The notes: a model not told the origin generated them from the sequence alone. DNA of 60,876 bases from a virus (IMGVR_UViG_3300021961_000097:1-60876); one strand, 5' to 3'. Counted from the stretch's first letter, positions 8,292-17,292 are shown. Numbers and translations: made by a program.

Positions 8292-8474
8292 TTAAGAGTT
8301 CAACCACTCTTCGTAAGTTTTTAATGGCTTGCCGGTAGTGAAATCATTACCTTTGCCATCATCGGCACAAGCGAGATAAATCTCGTACTCGTTAGAGTTG
8401 GAGCCGCGCACCTGGGTGCGAAACCCATCGCGCTCTACCGCAACTACTTTACCTTCGTGTCTTAACTGTGCCAT
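8292..8474 (-). CDS. Hypothetical early protein
   Basis: Directly follows promoter repeat; ends PLKTYEEWLNS. Confidence 0.75.
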   Translation of the reverse strand: MAQLRHEGKVVAVERDGFRTQVRGSNSNEYEIYLACADDGKGNDFTTGKPLKTYEEWLNS

Positions 8475-8562
8475 GTCTTTCTCCTTTCTGATTGAATTAA
8501 CCTACAAACGAATAATACCAGGTCCACCAAATAAAACAACTACTTTTTACTATTTTTTTCTA
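8475..8562 (-). promoter_or_regulatory. Early promoter + RBS repeat copy
   Basis: TTGTTT-16-TATTAT with TGn; 2 mismatches to copy at 9485. Confidence 0.85.
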
Positions 8563-8566
8563 TTTC

Positions 8567-8848
8567 TTAAAAGTAGTCCCGCTTGTCTTTAATCGCCCAC
8601 TTTTCGACAACAGGCTTGCCATATTCGTCTTCGTCGACGATCAGGTAGGCAACGGTCTTTTTAACCTTCGCATACCGCCAGCCAGACTCCAGGCCGGGGA
8701 TAATGTTGCACTTGTCGGCAACCCACACCCGGCTGGGGAACTCAGGGTTATCCGACAACATATCAAACTCGAACAGCTTGCCCCCGCTTTTTTCCCAAAA
8801 GCAACCGCCATCGATTATGGGATATTCTGAACTCGGTGCAAATGCCAT
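8567..8848 (-). CDS. Hypothetical early protein
   Basis: Flanked by two promoter repeats; RYAKVKKTVAYLIVDEDEYG.PVVEKW. Confidence 0.8.
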   Translation of the reverse strand: MAFAPSSEYPIIDGGCFWEKSGGKLFEFDMLSDNPEFPSRVWVADKCNIIPGLESGWRYAKVKKTVAYLIVDEDEYGKPVVEKWAIKDKRDYF

Positions 8849-8937
8849 GTCTTTCTCCTTTCTGATTAAATTAACCTACAAACGAATAATACCAGGTCTA
8901 CCAAATAAAACAACTATTTTTGGATATTTTTTTCTAC
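8849..8937 (-). promoter_or_regulatory. Early promoter + RBS repeat copy
   Basis: Near-identical to 8475-8562 and 9485-9572. Confidence 0.85.
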
Positions 8938-8943
8938 TATTTA

Positions 8944-9057
8944 TTAGTCGTAAATTTCGTCGTCGTAGTCGCAAACATCATCATAGTCGCAGTCACAACC
9001 GCCAACACCGCAAGAGCCACAAACCCTCTCGTCAGGTTCTTCGTAGTAGTCTTCCAT
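8944..9057 (-). CDS. 37-aa acidic Cys-rich peptide (below ORF track cutoff)
   Basis: MEDYYEEPDERVCGSCGVGGCDCDYDDVCDYDDEIYD; RBS ACAGGAGAAAGAAAG. Confidence 0.7.
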   Translation of the reverse strand: MEDYYEEPDERVCGSCGVGGCDCDYDDVCDYDDEIYD

Positions 9058-9078
9058 CTTTCTTTCTCCTGTATTAGT

Positions 9079-9094
9079 GGCGCGTCCCTGCGCC
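9079..9094 (-). promoter_or_regulatory. Hairpin with GGA loop (CsrA/RsmA-type site)
   Basis: GGCGC-AGGGAC-GCGCC contains CANGGANG. Confidence 0.45.
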
Positions 9095-9103
9095 CTGGTT
9101 TGA

Positions 9104-9484
9104 TTAGAAATTGTAGTCGTAGAATTTTACCGCGCCGTTGGCAATAAATGTCGCGCCTTTTGCTCCCCAAAGTTTATCAGACCCACAAAATTTGCTTTTG
9201 ATCAGTCTTACTTTGACAGTCTCATCCAGCAAACCTTCGTAAACCCAAGTCTGCTCCCCCTGGTTTGTGCAATGCGCGGCAAAACCGCCTGGCACAAATT
9301 CAGGTTTCCATTCTGGATTTTTAGCCACCATTACTTTTTTGAGAGTTAAAGTAGTGGGAGTTTTAGCCACCACTTTGTAAGGACTCTGGTCACTGTATGA
9401 TGTCTCGGTCAGGTACTCGCCTTCTGGCAATCCGATGATGTTGGTAGTAAATTCTTCGTAAGCCCTGATGGGTTGATTGTTCAT
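9104..9484 (-). CDS. Hypothetical early protein (PGGFAAHC...KFYDYNF family)
   Basis: Follows promoter repeat; recognisable phage accessory motif. Confidence 0.8.
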   Translation of the reverse strand: MNNQPIRAYEEFTTNIIGLPEGEYLTETSYSDQSPYKVVAKTPTTLTLKKVMVAKNPEWKPEFVPGGFAAHCTNQGEQTWVYEGLLDETVKVRLIKSKFCGSDKLWGAKGATFIANGAVKFYDYNF

Positions 9485-9602
9485 GTCTTTCTCCTTTCTG
9501 ATTAAATTAACCTACAAACGAATAATACCAGGTCCACCAAATAAAACAACTATTTTTTACTATTTTTTTCTACTTTTATTCTTATTACAAATCAATGGCT
9601 TA
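9485..9602 (-). promoter_or_regulatory. Early promoter + RBS repeat copy with upstream IHF-type site
   Basis: Repeat 9485-9572; AATCAATGGCTTA at 9590-9602. Confidence 0.85.
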
Positions 9603-9613
9603 CAGGCGCCTCC

Positions 9614-9862
9614 CTAGTGCATGACCTCCGGCTCCATGTGTTCCCAGGCGGTTTCGATCATGAAAAGCATGTGAAGTCCGTCCATGAAATCCTCGACATC
9701 AATGCCGGCGTGGACACTTGTCTTGATAAGGATAGTCGACAGCGCGGACATCACTTCCAGGGTGTTGCCGCGCCCACGATTGGCCGCGTCGTTGATGACG
9801 TCCTGCAAGCAGTCGCGCAGGTCAACCACATTCTTTTCAAAAACCCCGTAATCACCATCCAT
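9614..9862 (-). CDS. Hypothetical protein
   Basis: GGAGG RBS; tiles with neighbours. Confidence 0.65.
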   Translation of the reverse strand: MDGDYGVFEKNVVDLRDCLQDVINDAANRGRGNTLEVMSALSTILIKTSVHAGIDVEDFMDGLHMLFMIETAWEHMEPEVMH

Positions 9863-10088
9863 CCTGGTGTTCCTCCGAAAACTTTTTTTCCTCTTCCAGA
9901 AATGCTACTTCTTTTTCACCGCCGATGCCATGGTGCCCTTCCACGATACGAACGAAGTCTCGCACGAAAAGCGGCGTCGGCTTGATCCCTGTCGACAACG
10001 CTTTCATGTAGGCCCCCAGCATCTCTTCCGCAGTCATCGGCTTCTGCCTTAGTAGTTTCGCTTTTATCTTCTTCAGTAGGTTTTTCAT
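9852..10088 (-). CDS. Hypothetical protein
   Basis: FVRIVEGHHGIG motif typical of small phage proteins. Confidence 0.6.
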   Translation of the reverse strand: MKNLLKKIKAKLLRQKPMTAEEMLGAYMKALSTGIKPTPLFVRDFVRIVEGHHGIGGEKEVAFLEEEKKFSEEHQDGW

Positions 10089-10221
10089 CCCATGCTCTCC
10101 GCAAAAGTTCTTTAGCTTTAGCTTTCGCTTGTGTCACAGTAAAAGCAAAAGCAGTATATTCTTTTTTCTTTGATTTGATTGTAACTCGATACCACTGATC
10201 GCTGACTTTCTTAATCACCAT
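9916..10221 (-). CDS. Hypothetical protein (3' half overlaps next gene)
   Basis: ACAGGA before MVIKKV. Confidence 0.45.
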   Translation of the reverse strand: MVIKKVSDQWYRVTIKSKKKEYTAFAFTVTQAKAKAKELLRRAWDEKPTEEDKSETTKAEADDCGRDAGGLHESVVDRDQADAAFRARLRSYRGRAPWHRR

Positions 10222-10435
10222 TTCCTGTCTCCTGTATCTCGTCCTCAAGTGCAATGATCTCACTTTCGGTTAGTGAATGAATCAAACTTACTTTTCTTTT
10301 TCTCCCTGACGGACCCGTGACCGTGATGATTGCATCAGTGATATCTATCTGCTCGGGCAGGCCATCTTCTTCAGGCAGAACCTCATACTTAATTTCAATT
10401 GGGAAGGTCAAGAATGTCGTTGACGTGACGCTCAT
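10211..10435 (-). CDS. Hypothetical acidic protein
   Basis: GGAGG before MSVTST. Confidence 0.6.
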   Translation of the reverse strand: MSVTSTTFLTFPIEIKYEVLPEEDGLPEQIDITDAIITVTGPSGRKRKVSLIHSLTESEIIALEDEIQETGNGD

Positions 10436-10664
10436 CTTTGTATGCCTCCCTGAGTTGCGTTGCTTTGTCTGGATCAACCTGGGACAAGATGCGCAAGAAT
10501 TCTTTTACGATCAGAGTTCCGATGATCTTGGTCACTGGTGGATTGCCCTTGTAATACTTACTCAACTCTCTCAGCATCACATGATGCTCGGCGCGAACCG
10601 ACATTGACGCCCATTGCCTTTTCCTGCGCATAGGCACTATGTATTTCTTTCTTTTCTTTTCCAT
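10395..10664 (-). CDS. Small basic protein, possible ribbon-helix-helix regulator
   Basis: ACAGGAG RBS; WASMSVRAEHHVMLRELS strand-helix pattern. Confidence 0.6.
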   Translation of the reverse strand: MEKKRKKYIVPMRRKRQWASMSVRAEHHVMLRELSKYYKGNPPVTKIIGTLIVKEFLRILSQVDPDKATQLREAYKDERHVNDILDLPN

Positions 10665-10677
10665 ACATGTCTCCTGT

Positions 10678-12543
10678 CTACTTTGATTGACCCCAGGATG
10701 GACCTACTTCAACGTCCACACGGGAGGGTATTTCTAACTCTACTGCGTCGCGCATAATGATTGCGGCTTCTTCCGCCTCTTCTCTCGACTTGACGCTCAA
10801 GGCGATTTCATCATGCACCTGTAACAAAATGTTGAACCCTGCCTGCTCCAGGTCGAACATCGCTTTCTTGACCTGGTCACTTGCGCCGCCCTGGATTAAT
10901 TTATTCGTGCCCTTGTAGGTCATTGCTCTTCTGATCCTTGGGCCGTATTTCGCGAAGGCTTCCTCGTAGGGCAGTGCTTTGTTGAGTCCCCATTCCACAG
11001 GCTCCCACAATGGGAAGCGGCACTTGCGTCCCAGGAGCGTGCGTATTGCTCCACCTGATGCTGGGTTCTCGATACGCTTTTGCACGGCGCTTATCGTGGC
11101 GCGCAGGAACGGCACGCGCTCATGGAATCTCTGCATCAGTTCGCCGGCCTCCTCAACTGAGATATCTAACTGCGTGGCAAGTTTGTTCTTGCCCATGCCA
11201 TAGATCAGCCCCAGGCCAATGGTCTTCGCTTCCTTCCTGGTTATGTCTGCCAGGTCTGCGATCATTTGATGGAAGTCGGTATCGGCGTCCTCACGATATG
11301 CCTGGACCATTTTGTCCACGCCGTCCAGGTTGAGCATGCTGGCGTAATGCACCAGGAGCCTTGGTTCCTGGGACGAGAAATCGTTAGCCGCCCAGAGTTC
11401 GCCTTCTTCTGGCAGGAAAAGACTACGGACCATTGGACCGATGATGGGATGGCGCGCCGGTACTTGCTGGAGGTTCGGCTGGGCCATGGACAGTCGTCCT
11501 GTGACCGTGCCGCCGTCGGCGCCCCGCAGTTGATTGATGTGCGGATGGATACGTCCGTCGGCTTCTGCGAAATCCAAGTAGGGTTGCAGGAAGGTGTTGT
11601 GTGTCTTATTGACTTCACGCGCCGCGACAATCGCACGCGCTACTTTGTGATCGCATCCTTCCAAGAATGTCTTGGTAAAGCTGGGCTGGCCCTTATCTGT
11701 GCGCGGATACTCCACGCCCAGGGTATCGAATGCCTTGGCGATGCTTGCCGCCGCCCAGATATCTATCGGCATGCCGCATTCTTTTTTGATGTTCTTGAGC
11801 AGTTGCGCCTCTTTGACCTTGAGGTCCGCGATGACTTTTTCGGCCCCGGCAGAATCGAAACGAATCCCCCGGTAGGTGATCCCAACCAGCGTCGGCAGGA
11901 GTTTTGTCTCCAGGTCGAAGATCGACTCGACTTCCTCTTGGCGCAGGAGAATCTGCAAGTGGTGCCATAGCTTCAGAGTCAGTGCGGCATCTTGCTCCCC
12001 GTACTTACCGACGAACATGGCCGGCAGTTTGTAAAGTTCTTTTTTAGGATGGACGCCGAAGTCCGCCGCCGCCTGTTTCAGTGCTTCCTCTGACTTGACT
12101 TCCTTGAGTAGGTCGAAGCCCAGGGAGTTCAGGGCATAGCTGAAGCGGTTCTCGTCGATCAGGCCTGCGGCTATCATGGTGTCTACGATTTTACCATTTA
12201 CCACAAAGCCGGATGCCAGTAGCCAGCCCAGGTCATACGCGGCGTTGTGCATGACTTTGTCACATGGCAACTTTAGGACGTCAGCGATCCAACGCTCAAC
12301 CATGCCCCGGTCGATGTTACCGCCGCCTTCGTGCGCGACGGGATAGTAACCGGCCCATCCGTCCACGGCGACGGCATAGCCGACAATGTAGCCATCTTTC
12401 CTGGGCCACCCTGGGCCGAAGCGTTCCATGTTCGGGTCGCACGTCTCGAGGTCGATAGCGATTTCTTTCGCATCACTTAGGTCTGGGAAGTTCTGTGGAG
12501 GCACCCATTCACTGCTGGGTGGGAATAGGGAAATATTATTCAA
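10678..12543 (-). CDS. polA: DNA polymerase family A with 3'-5' exonuclease
   Basis: AIDLET, HNAAYDL, YGEQDA; TGRLS..PNLQQVP, DFSSQEPR (motif A), RKEAKTIGLGLIYG (motif B), QVHDEI (motif C). Confidence 0.97.
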   Translation of the reverse strand: MNNISLFPPSSEWVPPQNFPDLSDAKEIAIDLETCDPNMERFGPGWPRKDGYIVGYAVAVDGWAGYYPVAHEGGGNIDRGMVERWIADVLKLPCDKVMHNAAYDLGWLLASGFVVNGKIVDTMIAAGLIDENRFSYALNSLGFDLLKEVKSEEALKQAAADFGVHPKKELYKLPAMFVGKYGEQDAALTLKLWHHLQILLRQEEVESIFDLETKLLPTLVGITYRGIRFDSAGAEKVIADLKVKEAQLLKNIKKECGMPIDIWAAASIAKAFDTLGVEYPRTDKGQPSFTKTFLEGCDHKVARAIVAAREVNKTHNTFLQPYLDFAEADGRIHPHINQLRGADGGTVTGRLSMAQPNLQQVPARHPIIGPMVRSLFLPEEGELWAANDFSSQEPRLLVHYASMLNLDGVDKMVQAYREDADTDFHQMIADLADITRKEAKTIGLGLIYGMGKNKLATQLDISVEEAGELMQRFHERVPFLRATISAVQKRIENPASGGAIRTLLGRKCRFPLWEPVEWGLNKALPYEEAFAKYGPRIRRAMTYKGTNKLIQGGASDQVKKAMFDLEQAGFNILLQVHDEIALSVKSREEAEEAAIIMRDAVELEIPSRVDVEVGPSWGQSK

Positions 12544-14036
12544 AACCGAAATCCTCTTTGCTCGTTCTTTGGTAGCACAATGTGCAGTGCTTCGCGTGTC
12601 CTGGTTACACCCACATAAAGTAGGCGGTTGATGTCGTCGGCGTTTCGTGCGTAATCCTTGGCGAACCTGGGTGACAGGTCGGTCATCAGCAGGACGTTGT
12701 CTGCCTCGCCGCCTTTTGCGCCGTGGATCGTGGACAGTGATATCGCAGGCTTGGCCCCCAGCTTCGTACCGCGCCGCAGGACGGCGATCAGGTACTCGCG
12801 CTGGTCATCGCCTATCTTGGTCAGAACCTCGTGCCAGACGGCGTCTCCTGCCAGCAGGCCATGGTTTTCTCGCAGGTCTGCCATTGTGAAAGTGGTCTCG
12901 GGGTCTGCCGCTCTCAGGGACTTGAATCCCCGCCGGACCAGGTCGGCGCCCATGTACTTATATACGCTCTTCAGTACAGCGTAGTTGACTGAATCACCCC
13001 GGCGGAGGCGCTCCCAGCCCACCACAGCGGACAGGATAGAGTCGGCGACGCTACGGTGCCCGTGGCGCTCGAAGAGCAAGCCTTGGGACTTCAGCCAGCC
13101 GTGGACCTCATTGAGCATGTAATTCGTGCTTGCCATGATCAGCCACTCGCCCTTGGTCACGTTTACGGCCTGGTAATCGTTATAGTAGGAGATGGTGCCC
13201 TGGTCATCTTTCGGCGCCCAGGTCTTCTCCTGGCGCTTCTGGATGCGCCTGACAATGCTGTCGGCCAGGGAGTGGACCTTTGCCGGGACCCGGTACGACT
13301 GTTGCAGGATTTTGATCTCACCATCGCAGGACAGGAAAGACTCCACGTCCGCCCCGGCCCAGACATACACGGCCTGGTCGTCATCGCCGGCGATGTAGGA
13401 CCGCTTGGCCCTTGAAGCAAGTTCCATCACCAGCCGCCACTGGAGCCTGGACAGGTCCTGGGCCTCGTCTACTATCAGCACATCCAGGGCAGGCAGGCGT
13501 TGCGGTTCGTCCACCAGGCGCTCCAGTAGGTCCGTGAAATCCAGGAGCAGGTGCTTCTCCTTGTATTTTCTGTAGGCGCGCTCGACGTATTCAAAGTGAA
13601 ACCACTCGATGTCCATCTCACTTCGATTGTAATGTACGCGCAGGTCTTCACCGCGTATGCGTGCAAGATTGATTTGGTTCAATATTGGATTGTCTGCACG
13701 CACGACGTGTTCGTCGTCTTCGACAGATGTCGAGATATCCAAGCCGGCCTCTTTTGCGAACTCGCTGTAGTTCTTCTGAGTCATCATGTCCTTGGTGCTG
13801 ATGCCCAGGCAACGATAAGCCAGGGAGTGCAGGGTTCTGAACCACGGGAAATCCAGATCAGGATTTAACTCGGGGAACTTGATCATCGCCCTGTCCCGTG
13901 CTTCAGTGGCGGCCTTACGGGTAAACGCAAAGTAACCAACCATTGTCGGATGGACATCGGTGAGTTCCTGCTCGACGGTGTCGAGTAGGTAAGTTGTTTT
14001 ACCTGAACCCGGAGGGCCAAAAATCTTGGTAATCAT
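12540..14036 (-). CDS. SF1 (UvrD/Rep-like) helicase
   Basis: GPPGSGKT, VDEAQD, GDDDQA, QSYR, STIHGAKGGEAD, YVGVTR. Confidence 0.95.
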   Translation of the reverse strand: MITKIFGPPGSGKTTYLLDTVEQELTDVHPTMVGYFAFTRKAATEARDRAMIKFPELNPDLDFPWFRTLHSLAYRCLGISTKDMMTQKNYSEFAKEAGLDISTSVEDDEHVVRADNPILNQINLARIRGEDLRVHYNRSEMDIEWFHFEYVERAYRKYKEKHLLLDFTDLLERLVDEPQRLPALDVLIVDEAQDLSRLQWRLVMELASRAKRSYIAGDDDQAVYVWAGADVESFLSCDGEIKILQQSYRVPAKVHSLADSIVRRIQKRQEKTWAPKDDQGTISYYNDYQAVNVTKGEWLIMASTNYMLNEVHGWLKSQGLLFERHGHRSVADSILSAVVGWERLRRGDSVNYAVLKSVYKYMGADLVRRGFKSLRAADPETTFTMADLRENHGLLAGDAVWHEVLTKIGDDQREYLIAVLRRGTKLGAKPAISLSTIHGAKGGEADNVLLMTDLSPRFAKDYARNADDINRLLYVGVTRTREALHIVLPKNEQRGFRF

Positions 14037-15556
14037 CAGAACGGGATATCGCTGTTGTCGTCGTGGATATCGAAAGGCGCATCCTGCTGTTCAAACGGCG
14101 GCAGGCGCCAGATTCGTGTAGTGCGCCCCTTCAGGCTGATAGTGGTAGGTCCGCCGCCCAGGTCGCGTAATCTCTGTGCCATCTTGGGCGCGCTTAATCC
14201 TACGAATGAATTCCTCTTGAGGTGCGCTTCCAAGTCTTTAATCCTAAAATAAGTGTAGCCGTCTGCCTCATCTGTCCAGACCCTGCCTAAAAGTATCTCG
14301 TCGCGGTCCATGCCTTTCTGCATGTGCGTTGTGAATTCCTCAACTAAATCATTGAAACGCCCGGATAGTGTAGTGTCCTCACTGGCCTCAGTGATCTGTT
14401 GCATCTCAACCATCTCACTCAGCAGTTCATTTATCAGCGCCTCCCAGTCAGGTTTTTTCATCGACGGCGGCAGGATGTTTAAGCGTTCCATGCATGCTTT
14501 CTGAAAATTCATCTGGTTGAAGAGGTGATCCGTTTCTAGTTCGATGCGCTTGCCATTGATGTCCAGGAACCACAATGGCGGTTCGCTGGCATATTTGCTG
14601 AGAGCCGTGAGCCGTGGTGCGTCGGGACCGTCGCCACCTATACCATGCTTGCGCTGACGGCACAGACCGCTGTTGCAAAAGGACTTGATCGGCTCGTCTT
14701 TGCATTTGTAGCGATAGTCTTTTTTCTCAACCTGCTTTTGTATGAGTTGCATTTCCTTCAGCGCCAGGGGCGGATCGAAATACTTTTGGTTGTATTCCAT
14801 CATCTTGTCTTCCCAACCAATCTGATGCGCTTTACGCAGGAAGACGCCGATGTTGAACATCCCGTTATTGCGTGTCCCTTCGGGGAAGCCTTGGGCGCAT
14901 AGTGCCTGGAGGCATGGCGGACCATCCTTGCATGCAACATCCTTCTTCGGCGGCGCTGGAGTTTTTAATTCGTCCTGAACGGACTGATCGTAAATATCAA
15001 AGAATTCGTCGATAGTTGCGGCACTGCCGTCATCTTTAACAGCGTAGCGCAAAGTAGTTTTGCAATTAAAATATGGCAGGTTTAGGTAGTTGCCTACGTC
15101 CCCACGCTCTACCAGAATTTCACTTTGCTTTGGAAAAATCTCTCTGCCGGCCTGCCCCAATAGACTTGCACACGCATTCAAATACTTCTGCATGTCGGCG
15201 GCAGGGACAGGGTTTTTAGTAAAAGCGTACAGGTGGGCGCCCCCGGACTTACTTCTGAAAGTAACCAGCGGCAGGTTGTAACTTTTTATTTTGCTTATCA
15301 GCGCGACGTGATCAATTGGATACTGATCTACGTCTATTGCTCCCCAAGTGCAGGTGTTGTCTGCACGGATTGGGATTATGCCTAATGACGGTTCAATTCC
15401 GTCTAAATGTCTTTGCCACAACTCATCTGTTGGCGGCTTGTGTACTGTGAAACCTTTCCCGACTTGCTTTTGGTTTTCATTTTGTCTTTCAATTTTGTAT
15501 GTACCGTATGCGCTGTCGAGTCCCTCAAATATTTCCCTGAACCTCGTCAAATACAT
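14036..15556 (-). CDS. Archaeo-eukaryotic-type primase with PriCT-like region
   Basis: GAIDVD, RSKSGGAHLY, EIFPKQ, NLPY, PPCL...EGTRNN. Confidence 0.85.
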   Translation of the reverse strand: MYLTRFREIFEGLDSAYGTYKIERQNENQKQVGKGFTVHKPPTDELWQRHLDGIEPSLGIIPIRADNTCTWGAIDVDQYPIDHVALISKIKSYNLPLVTFRSKSGGAHLYAFTKNPVPAADMQKYLNACASLLGQAGREIFPKQSEILVERGDVGNYLNLPYFNCKTTLRYAVKDDGSAATIDEFFDIYDQSVQDELKTPAPPKKDVACKDGPPCLQALCAQGFPEGTRNNGMFNIGVFLRKAHQIGWEDKMMEYNQKYFDPPLALKEMQLIQKQVEKKDYRYKCKDEPIKSFCNSGLCRQRKHGIGGDGPDAPRLTALSKYASEPPLWFLDINGKRIELETDHLFNQMNFQKACMERLNILPPSMKKPDWEALINELLSEMVEMQQITEASEDTTLSGRFNDLVEEFTTHMQKGMDRDEILLGRVWTDEADGYTYFRIKDLEAHLKRNSFVGLSAPKMAQRLRDLGGGPTTISLKGRTTRIWRLPPFEQQDAPFDIHDDNSDIPF

Positions 15557-15570
15557 TTCTTCTTTCTCTC

Positions 15571-15598
15571 AAGAAAAAGGCGCGGATTGCTCCGCGCC
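15571..15598 (-). terminator. Intrinsic terminator
   Basis: GGCGCGGA-GCAA-TCCGCGCC-TTTTTCTT on minus strand. Confidence 0.85.
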
Positions 15599-15606
15599 AT
15601 AAAATA

Positions 15607-16380
15607 CTAAAAAATGTCGTGCGACTCTCCAGTTTTTTTAGAGGCGGTTTCTTCGCCTTCGTATTTAACATTCACGTCACCAGTGTTGACTGAGGCGGCA
15701 AATGCTTTCGCATCATTAAAAACGCCCTGGTCTTCAATCGTGCCGATGCGGGTAATCTCCCAACCGTGCCATGACCCTTTATCGTTAGACTCTTTTGTTG
15801 TGGCGAGACGGTAGACCTGCGAATAAATCGGCGGAGTGAATGCGCCATTTGAACCCTGCATCTTCACGCTGGTCATCATGCTGTTCCATTTACGCGACTT
15901 TTTGAGTTGCGTTGATTTCATGCTGATGATGGCCGGCTGGAAAAACCCATCGGCACCCTTGAACAAAACATAGTAGTTCGCAGTGTTTTCGATGTAATTA
16001 CCATTATCAAGGTAATCTTTATTGTCCCCAGGCTGTTTGTGAGTGCGAGACAGGATGTCGCTTGTCGCGGGATGAACGGCCACAAGACCTTGCCCACTGC
16101 CGCGAGGCGTCCACTCGATATACACGCGCTGGTATGCGCAGGGCACAACTTCAATACCCTGATCACCAGCAAAGGTTTCGCTAGACACACTGTTGAAAAT
16201 CATGCCGGTCTTGGCGCCGTCAATGGTTTCCAATTCAGGACTCATGTTGGTCATGATCTTTAAGAAGGGAAGTGCCAGGTCGTCTTGGCCCATTCCTTCT
16301 AAACCAGTGTTTGCTTCAGACTCGAAGTTAGAGACCAGCGAAAGTTCACTGGATTTTTTCTTTGCGACTTCATTACTCAT
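15607..16380 (-). CDS. Putative ssDNA-binding / annealing protein
   Basis: Replication-module position, DLALPFLKI...MKSTQLKKSRKWNS, acidic-aromatic C-terminus (HDIF), terminator downstream. Confidence 0.6.
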   Translation of the reverse strand: MSNEVAKKKSSELSLVSNFESEANTGLEGMGQDDLALPFLKIMTNMSPELETIDGAKTGMIFNSVSSETFAGDQGIEVVPCAYQRVYIEWTPRGSGQGLVAVHPATSDILSRTHKQPGDNKDYLDNGNYIENTANYYVLFKGADGFFQPAIISMKSTQLKKSRKWNSMMTSVKMQGSNGAFTPPIYSQVYRLATTKESNDKGSWHGWEITRIGTIEDQGVFNDAKAFAASVNTGDVNVKYEGEETASKKTGESHDIF

Positions 16381-16400
16381 ACTTAGTTCCTGTTTCTTGT

Positions 16401-16946
16401 TTAGGTTTTTATCTTAGCCCGTTGACCTACAAAGACACCGAACAAATCAAGTGGTAAATCATTGCCTCGCTCAATCTGCTCTTTTACAAATGCCTTCAAG
16501 GTCATAGGCTCCACCTTCTCAGCCTGCTCCAGGGGAAATCCCTGGCCGGCCAGAAGATTCTTGAGACGATCACAAAGTTCATCTTCGCCGCGCCCAAAAC
16601 GCACAGAGACGGTGTTCTTGATGATATCGTCGTATCCTTTTTCGCGGAGCCATTCAAAGGCTTCCGCACGCCGCGCCGCACTGATGCTGGCGCTATAAAA
16701 CTTTTCAACCTTGATACTTGAGCCATCGCTCATAACGAAAGATTCCATGCCGGTGCTGAGAATAGCCTCGGGCAGGACTTCTTCGGTCATTTTGCGGTAT
16801 TGTTTTTTCTTCTCGTCAACTACCGCTTCTAGGTCAGCTAGTTCTTTCTCCAATTCTTTTGCTTTGCGCGCCAGGTCAGAAATATTCTTTAAACTTTCAT
16901 CATCGGCCTGTAGCGCCTGCGCTTCTTTTTCAAAATCAATCGCCAT
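16401..16946 (-). CDS. Conserved replication-module protein (N-terminal coiled coil)
   Basis: AFEWLREKGYDDIIKN...VEPMTLKAFVKEQ motif; start uncertain. Confidence 0.75.
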   Translation of the reverse strand: MAIDFEKEAQALQADDESLKNISDLARKAKELEKELADLEAVVDEKKKQYRKMTEEVLPEAILSTGMESFVMSDGSSIKVEKFYSASISAARRAEAFEWLREKGYDDIIKNTVSVRFGRGEDELCDRLKNLLAGQGFPLEQAEKVEPMTLKAFVKEQIERGNDLPLDLFGVFVGQRAKIKT

Positions 16947-17271
16947 TTTCATCACCCCTGTTATGTATGTCCACCTGGATTGGTAAATATCGCCTTTCCT
17001 GTTTGTCCCACTTCAGGCACTTGTATCGCCCGGCGTTTTTATGGGATGCGACTGAGGCCATGATGGCAATCGCAGTAGGGTCGCCTATAAAAAGCAGGTA
17101 ATCGTTATCGTCAAAATGCTCAAGCGCACGTTTCATGCGCTGAACCGTAGGGGCACTAATAAAATTGACCTGAGACTGAGTCGGGGGCAGAACTACCTGT
17201 ATATCCCCATAATCAAGCGCGGGTGCAATATTGTGTTTAGGTGATTCGCTCACCACAAAAACTGTTGGCAT
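16936..17271 (-). CDS. Conserved hypothetical protein
   Basis: ACAGGAG RBS; DYLLFIGDP...LKWDKQERRY. Confidence 0.8.
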   Translation of the reverse strand: MPTVFVVSESPKHNIAPALDYGDIQVVLPPTQSQVNFISAPTVQRMKRALEHFDDNDYLLFIGDPTAIAIMASVASHKNAGRYKCLKWDKQERRYLPIQVDIHNRGDENGD

Positions 17272-17292
17272 TTGTTTCTCCTGTCTGCCTTT

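Noticed and set aside
7921-9572. ~90-bp repeats as a CRISPR array or integron attC sites
   Set aside because: Intervals are whole genes of uneven length, the repeats are promoter+RBS sequences without attC-like palindromes, and no cas or integrase gene is present.
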